From the NCBI RefSeq assembly GCF_000143415.4, contig NW_003314322.1, positions 1,128,067 to 1,192,066 of the forward strand: a stretch of DNA of 64,000 bases. The letters run 5' to 3'. The stretch is from Selaginella moellendorffii. Taxonomy: Eukaryota; Plantae; Lycopodiophyta. The position numbers and the translations under genes are program-made. Numbering within the stretch: the stretch's first letter is position 1; every line of letters begins with the position of its first letter. Shown piece after piece: positions 60,158-64,000 of the stretch. The notes beneath the pieces were generated by a model. That model saw only the letters and a list, made by a program, of their open reading frames with translations. It had not been told where the DNA came from and did not search any database.

Positions 60158-63100
60158 TTGTCGGCACTTTCCGGATTGGCGACCTCCATTTCCTGGGTGG
60201 AGACCTTGGCGTCAGCAACGTCCCGTTGGTGCTGCTGCGGTGGAAGGTTTGGATACCGAGGTGCATTCGGGAAACGAGGAGTCGCGCGAGTAATGGAGGG
60301 ACCTTGCGCGAATAAGTTAGTGACCCCTCCATCTTTCTTTCGGGAGTATCATCAAGGGGTTCACTCGGCACCAGTTCATCCAGTGTTTACTTTCCAAACT
60401 CGTTTTTATAACAAGAGGTCTCCTATTCTTCTCTCCGTGTTGGTTGATACAGGTTCGAGTTTATCTTCTATTGCTCGACCTGTTGCCACACATTGTCGTC
60501 TACACTTGCGTCGTGCGGCGGATCCAGTTTTCATTCTTTATGGCAACGGCCGTACACATGCATGTGCACGAGATGAGGCAGACCTGGTTGTGCGTGTGGG
60601 CGATCTCGAGCTTGAGTTGCAGTCATTGTGGGTGGTGCCAAGTCAAGCTTTTAACCTCATTCTTGGTATGGATTGGTTGCAGCACAATCATGCCAAGTGT
60701 GACTTTGAGGCTTCTCCCCCTTGTCTCATACTTCCTTATGTTTCATCCATTCCTCTCACTTCCGTACCTCTTCGTCCCTCTACTTCTACCTTTGCTTTCA
60801 TTACTTTTGTTTCCCCACTATTTCCTCTTGTGTTTCCATCTTGTTCTGCTCTTCCCTTTTCCGATCCCTCCGATGGTCTTTGTGTTGCAGCTGTTGACCA
60901 GCTCATGAAGGAGTATTCTGATCTCTTTGAATTTGATCTATCGTCTGGGGCCAAGATTGCCACACGTCATCCCATTCCAACCGGGGATGCTTGTCCAATC
61001 AAGGTTCCTGTTCGTCGTCGGTCACCCAAGGAGATCAAGATTTTACGTGCAAACGTCAAGGAGATGTTGGAGAAGGGTGTTATTCGGAAGTCGCGGAGTC
61101 CTTGGGCATGTGAACCTCATCTTGTGACGAAGCCTGATGGGAGTATTCGTTTCTGCATTGACTATCGTCCGTTAAATGAAGTGACGATCCCGGACGTGTA
61201 CCCTCTTCCTCACAGTGCTGATCTCTTGGATCGTCTGGGGCGAAGTCGTTGGTTCACCAAGCTAGATCTTGCTTCTGGGTATTGGCAAGTACCGATGGCC
61301 AAAGCAGATATTCCTAAGACTGCTTTTCGTACACCATTTGGTTTGTACGAGTTCTTGGTGATGCCGTTTGGTTTGAACAATGCTCCAGCAACTTTTCAGC
61401 GGATGATGGACGAGGTTCTTTGCGATATGCCGGAGGTGACAGCTGACTTCATTGATGATGTCTTGATCCACTCGGAAGGGACGTGGGAGGAGCACATTCG
61501 TGATGTTTGTAAGGTGTTGGATCGGTTACGCGACGTTGGTTTAAAGCTGAAGCGTTCAAAGTGCGTGTTTGGGTCCAAGGACACAACTTATCTTGGGTAC
61601 CGTATTTCTCGTGAGGGTTTGCAAGTTGATCTTGACAAACTTATGGCTGTTCTAAAGTTCCCTACTCCGAAATGTGTGAATGATGTGCAGCGTTTTTTGG
61701 GTAAGGTGCAGTATCTCGGTCGTTTTGTGGATCATCTTTCCGATCGCACTACACCATTGCGAGCGTTGCTGAAGTCATCAACGTCATCTTTCATCTGGTC
61801 TCCGGATTGTGAGCGGGCATTCGTGAATCTCAAAGAGCTATTGACGACTCCTCCGGTTTTGGCATATCCTGACTACACTCGACCTTTTATTTTGCGTGTG
61901 GATGCTTCTGACATTGGTCTTGGAGGTGTGTTGATGCAAGAGAGCTCGAGTGTGCCTGGTCAACGCCATCCCATTGCATATATAAGCCGTACATTACAAC
62001 CAGCGGAGATGAACTACTCCACAACGGAGAAAGAGTGTTTAGCAGCAGTCTGGGGTTTCAAGAAACTTTATGCATATCTACATGGTTCTCAGATGTTACT
62101 TGAAGGTGACCATGCTACTGTTACTTCATTATTGAAGCGGAAGAACCTGGTTGGTCGTACGGCTCGATGGGCTTTGAAGCTTCAGATATATGATTTCGAT
62201 GTTGTTCATCGCCCAGGGAGTTCTATGGCTGATGCTGATGCCCTTTCTCGAGTTCCTCTTCCTTCTCCACTCACTTCTCATGTTTCTGACGAACCTGTTG
62301 TTCCAGCATCTGTGGATTTTCTAGATGAGGATTCTGTGCCGTCAGCAGTTGCTGTCCTTGACGTTCAGTGTCCACAGGGTGCAGCGCAAGATCTACCTTC
62401 TCTTGATGAGGTTCGCGAGGCTCAAAAGATTGAGCCGTGGATTCGAAGGCTTCGAGATGGGTTTGAGAATCCTGCATCACTTGCTGATGACTTGCCTTTC
62501 CAGCATTTACATTCTCAATATCGCCTTGAAGATGGCCTTCTTTATTTTGTGGGGACGGATCCTGATGATCATTTACGTCTGGTGGTGCCTTCGGTGTTTA
62601 TTCCGCAGTTTCTCCATGCCTACCATGATTCTCCTGTTCTAGGTGGGCATATGGGACACCGTCGTGTCACCGAGAAACTGCGCAGATCTTTCTATTGGCC
62701 AGAGATGCGACGTGATATTATCCGGTATGTGCGTAGCTGCATTTGGTGCCAAGCTCGTAATACTCCCCCTTGTGCTGCGGAAGGACGGTTGGAGTCAATT
62801 GCAGTTTCTCGTCCGTTTGAGTTGGTGGCGTTTGATCTTATGGGACCTTTTCCACAATCGACTGCTAGCAATGAGTATGTTATTATTGCTTCTGACTACT
62901 TGATTCGTTGGGTGGAAGTTGGTGCTCTTGCTAGTGCCTCTGCAACTGCTGTGGGATACTTTCTCCTCAATCGAGTGGTGTTCCAGCATTCTTGTCCAGA
63001 GCGGATTCTTTCGGATAATGGTCCTGCATTTATGGCTGAGGTATTTCATGTTTTGACATCTCGGTTGGGGATACGCCACACTTTTACGAGTGCTTATCAT

Positions 63101-63757
63101 CCACAATCAGACGGTCTGGTGGAACGGCTCGTTCGGACATTCAAAGGGATGATTGCGAAGTATGTGAACTTTCAGCATTTGGATTGGGATGGTTATTTGC
63201 CGTCTCTTCAGTATGCCTATGTCACAGGGGTGCAGAGTTCTGTTGGTGCTTCACCATATAAACTTCTATATGGTCATGATCCAATATTACCAACAGAGCT
63301 GGGTTTACCTTCACGATTGCCACGAGCTCCTGATGCTAGGTCATGGGATCAATATTTGACAAGCATTCTTCCACTTGTCCGAGCAGAGTCTGCTAAACAC
63401 TTAGGCCGCGTACAAGTGGGACAACAACGGCGCTACAATTCCCATCATCGTCCACCTGCAGAGTATAAAGTGGATGATTTGGTGTTAGTCCGTTTTCCCC
63501 ATCTTACGGTACATGGTTTATCTAAGGGGCTCCTTGCGCAGTGGAAAGGACCGTATCGGGTGTTGCGGCAAGTTGGACCACAAGTTTATGAGGTTCGGCA
63601 TGACGTTCAGCAGGCCGATCCTCCGGAGATTGTGCATGTGCAGCGGTTAAAACGCTTCATACAAAGGGATCAGGAGCAGTTAATACCGTCGACAGATCCA
63701 CCGATGCCTCCTCTTGACGTTCCTCCAGATCCCGGCCCATCCACAAGAGAACCCTGA
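60158..63757 (+). CDS. pol: Uninterrupted pol ORF of element A (PR-RT-RNase H-integrase), entered by -1 frameshift near 60269
   Basis: VDTGS, DYRPLN, MPFGL, FIDD, VDAS, HDSPVLGGH...CIWC, LSDNG, GLVER, WKGPY; no chromodomain. Confidence 0.93.
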   Translation: MSALSGLATSISWVETLASATSRWCCCGGRFGYRGAFGKRGVARVMEGPCANKLVTPPSFFREYHQGVHSAPVHPVFTFQTRFYNKRSPILLSVLVDTGSSLSSIARPVATHCRLHLRRAADPVFILYGNGRTHACARDEADLVVRVGDLELELQSLWVVPSQAFNLILGMDWLQHNHAKCDFEASPPCLILPYVSSIPLTSVPLRPSTSTFAFITFVSPLFPLVFPSCSALPFSDPSDGLCVAAVDQLMKEYSDLFEFDLSSGAKIATRHPIPTGDACPIKVPVRRRSPKEIKILRANVKEMLEKGVIRKSRSPWACEPHLVTKPDGSIRFCIDYRPLNEVTIPDVYPLPHSADLLDRLGRSRWFTKLDLASGYWQVPMAKADIPKTAFRTPFGLYEFLVMPFGLNNAPATFQRMMDEVLCDMPEVTADFIDDVLIHSEGTWEEHIRDVCKVLDRLRDVGLKLKRSKCVFGSKDTTYLGYRISREGLQVDLDKLMAVLKFPTPKCVNDVQRFLGKVQYLGRFVDHLSDRTTPLRALLKSSTSSFIWSPDCERAFVNLKELLTTPPVLAYPDYTRPFILRVDASDIGLGGVLMQESSSVPGQRHPIAYISRTLQPAEMNYSTTEKECLAAVWGFKKLYAYLHGSQMLLEGDHATVTSLLKRKNLVGRTARWALKLQIYDFDVVHRPGSSMADADALSRVPLPSPLTSHVSDEPVVPASVDFLDEDSVPSAVAVLDVQCPQGAAQDLPSLDEVREAQKIEPWIRRLRDGFENPASLADDLPFQHLHSQYRLEDGLLYFVGTDPDDHLRLVVPSVFIPQFLHAYHDSPVLGGHMGHRRVTEKLRRSFYWPEMRRDIIRYVRSCIWCQARNTPPCAAEGRLESIAVSRPFELVAFDLMGPFPQSTASNEYVIIASDYLIRWVEVGALASASATAVGYFLLNRVVFQHSCPERILSDNGPAFMAEVFHVLTSRLGIRHTFTSAYHPQSDGLVERLVRTFKGMIAKYVNFQHLDWDGYLPSLQYAYVTGVQSSVGASPYKLLYGHDPILPTELGLPSRLPRAPDARSWDQYLTSILPLVRAESAKHLGRVQVGQQRRYNSHHRPPAEYKVDDLVLVRFPHLTVHGLSKGLLAQWKGPYRVLRQVGPQVYEVRHDVQQADPPEIVHVQRLKRFIQRDQEQLIPSTDPPMPPLDVPPDPGPSTREP

Positions 63758-64000
63758 CGGCCTTCCATTATTCCGAGAGGAGGGGATGATGTGAGGGCCA
63801 AGTGTACGGCTACGATGCCGTATACTAATATTAGCGTAGTGGATTTTGGTAGCCGTCGGATTGGTTTCAATCCGGACCACTCGCTCCTGTATATAAGCTA
63901 GGGTTTTTGGGCTAATTGATATGCACATTTCTGTATTCCCTTTCCATATTCCATGCACTCACAATAGTAGTGTTATTCTTACTTATTAATCCAATTGATC

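Larger units (their letters stand above)
51590..60293 (+). pseudogene. gag: gag of element A, split by element B (51590-51706 plus 59478-60293)
   Basis: MADPQSPP...AFTAH rejoins GTTPP in frame after removing B and one TSD copy; CWACDEVGHTYRRC zinc knuckle. Confidence 0.88.
51183..63963 (+). mobile_element. Element A: Ty3/gypsy LTR retrotransposon without chromodomain, host of the nested insertions
   Basis: 174-bp LTRs at 51183-51356 and 63790-63963 (2 mismatches); 4-bp TSD ATAG; PBS at 51358; PPT GAGAGGAGGGGA before the 3' LTR; PR-RT-RH-IN order. Confidence 0.95.

Overview
Eukaryotic land-plant nuclear DNA. The gene density, very short introns (about 50-140 bp), PLS-type PPR genes and debris, SPH and Lsi2 genes and GC-rich intronless genes point to the lycophyte Selaginella (inference, not a database match). 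The window has three parts. (1) 1-10 kb: an orphan multi-exon gene and AT-rich eroded DNA holding a satellite-bearing solo LTR nested in inverted orientation inside a sister copy. (2) 10-51 kb: about 20 tightly packed genes: pectate lyase, GH81 / PR-1 / GH81, PPR, VPS34, ATI-like, Lsi2, LRR receptor kinase, aldo-keto reductase plus pseudogene, SPH, PIP-family reductase, NPF6-like, HINT4-like, an orphan, O-fucosyltransferase, head-to-head mitochondrial uL23 / Obg GTPase, class III peroxidase. (3) 51-64 kb: nested LTR elements. A tRNA-Ala-primed Ty3/gypsy contains a self-priming chromovirus, which contains a third solo LTR and a young 593-bp TRIM whose LTRs carry a 5S rRNA internal promoter (Cassandra-like). 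Strongest leads: the 5S-bearing TRIM; an LRR-RK joining an RLP-type island+4-LRR ectodomain to an FLS2-like non-RD kinase; a 15-nt self-priming PBS plus a 3' LTR patched with internal pol sequence; and a 60-bp bidirectional promoter between two mitoribosome genes. All coordinates and mismatch counts were read by eye.
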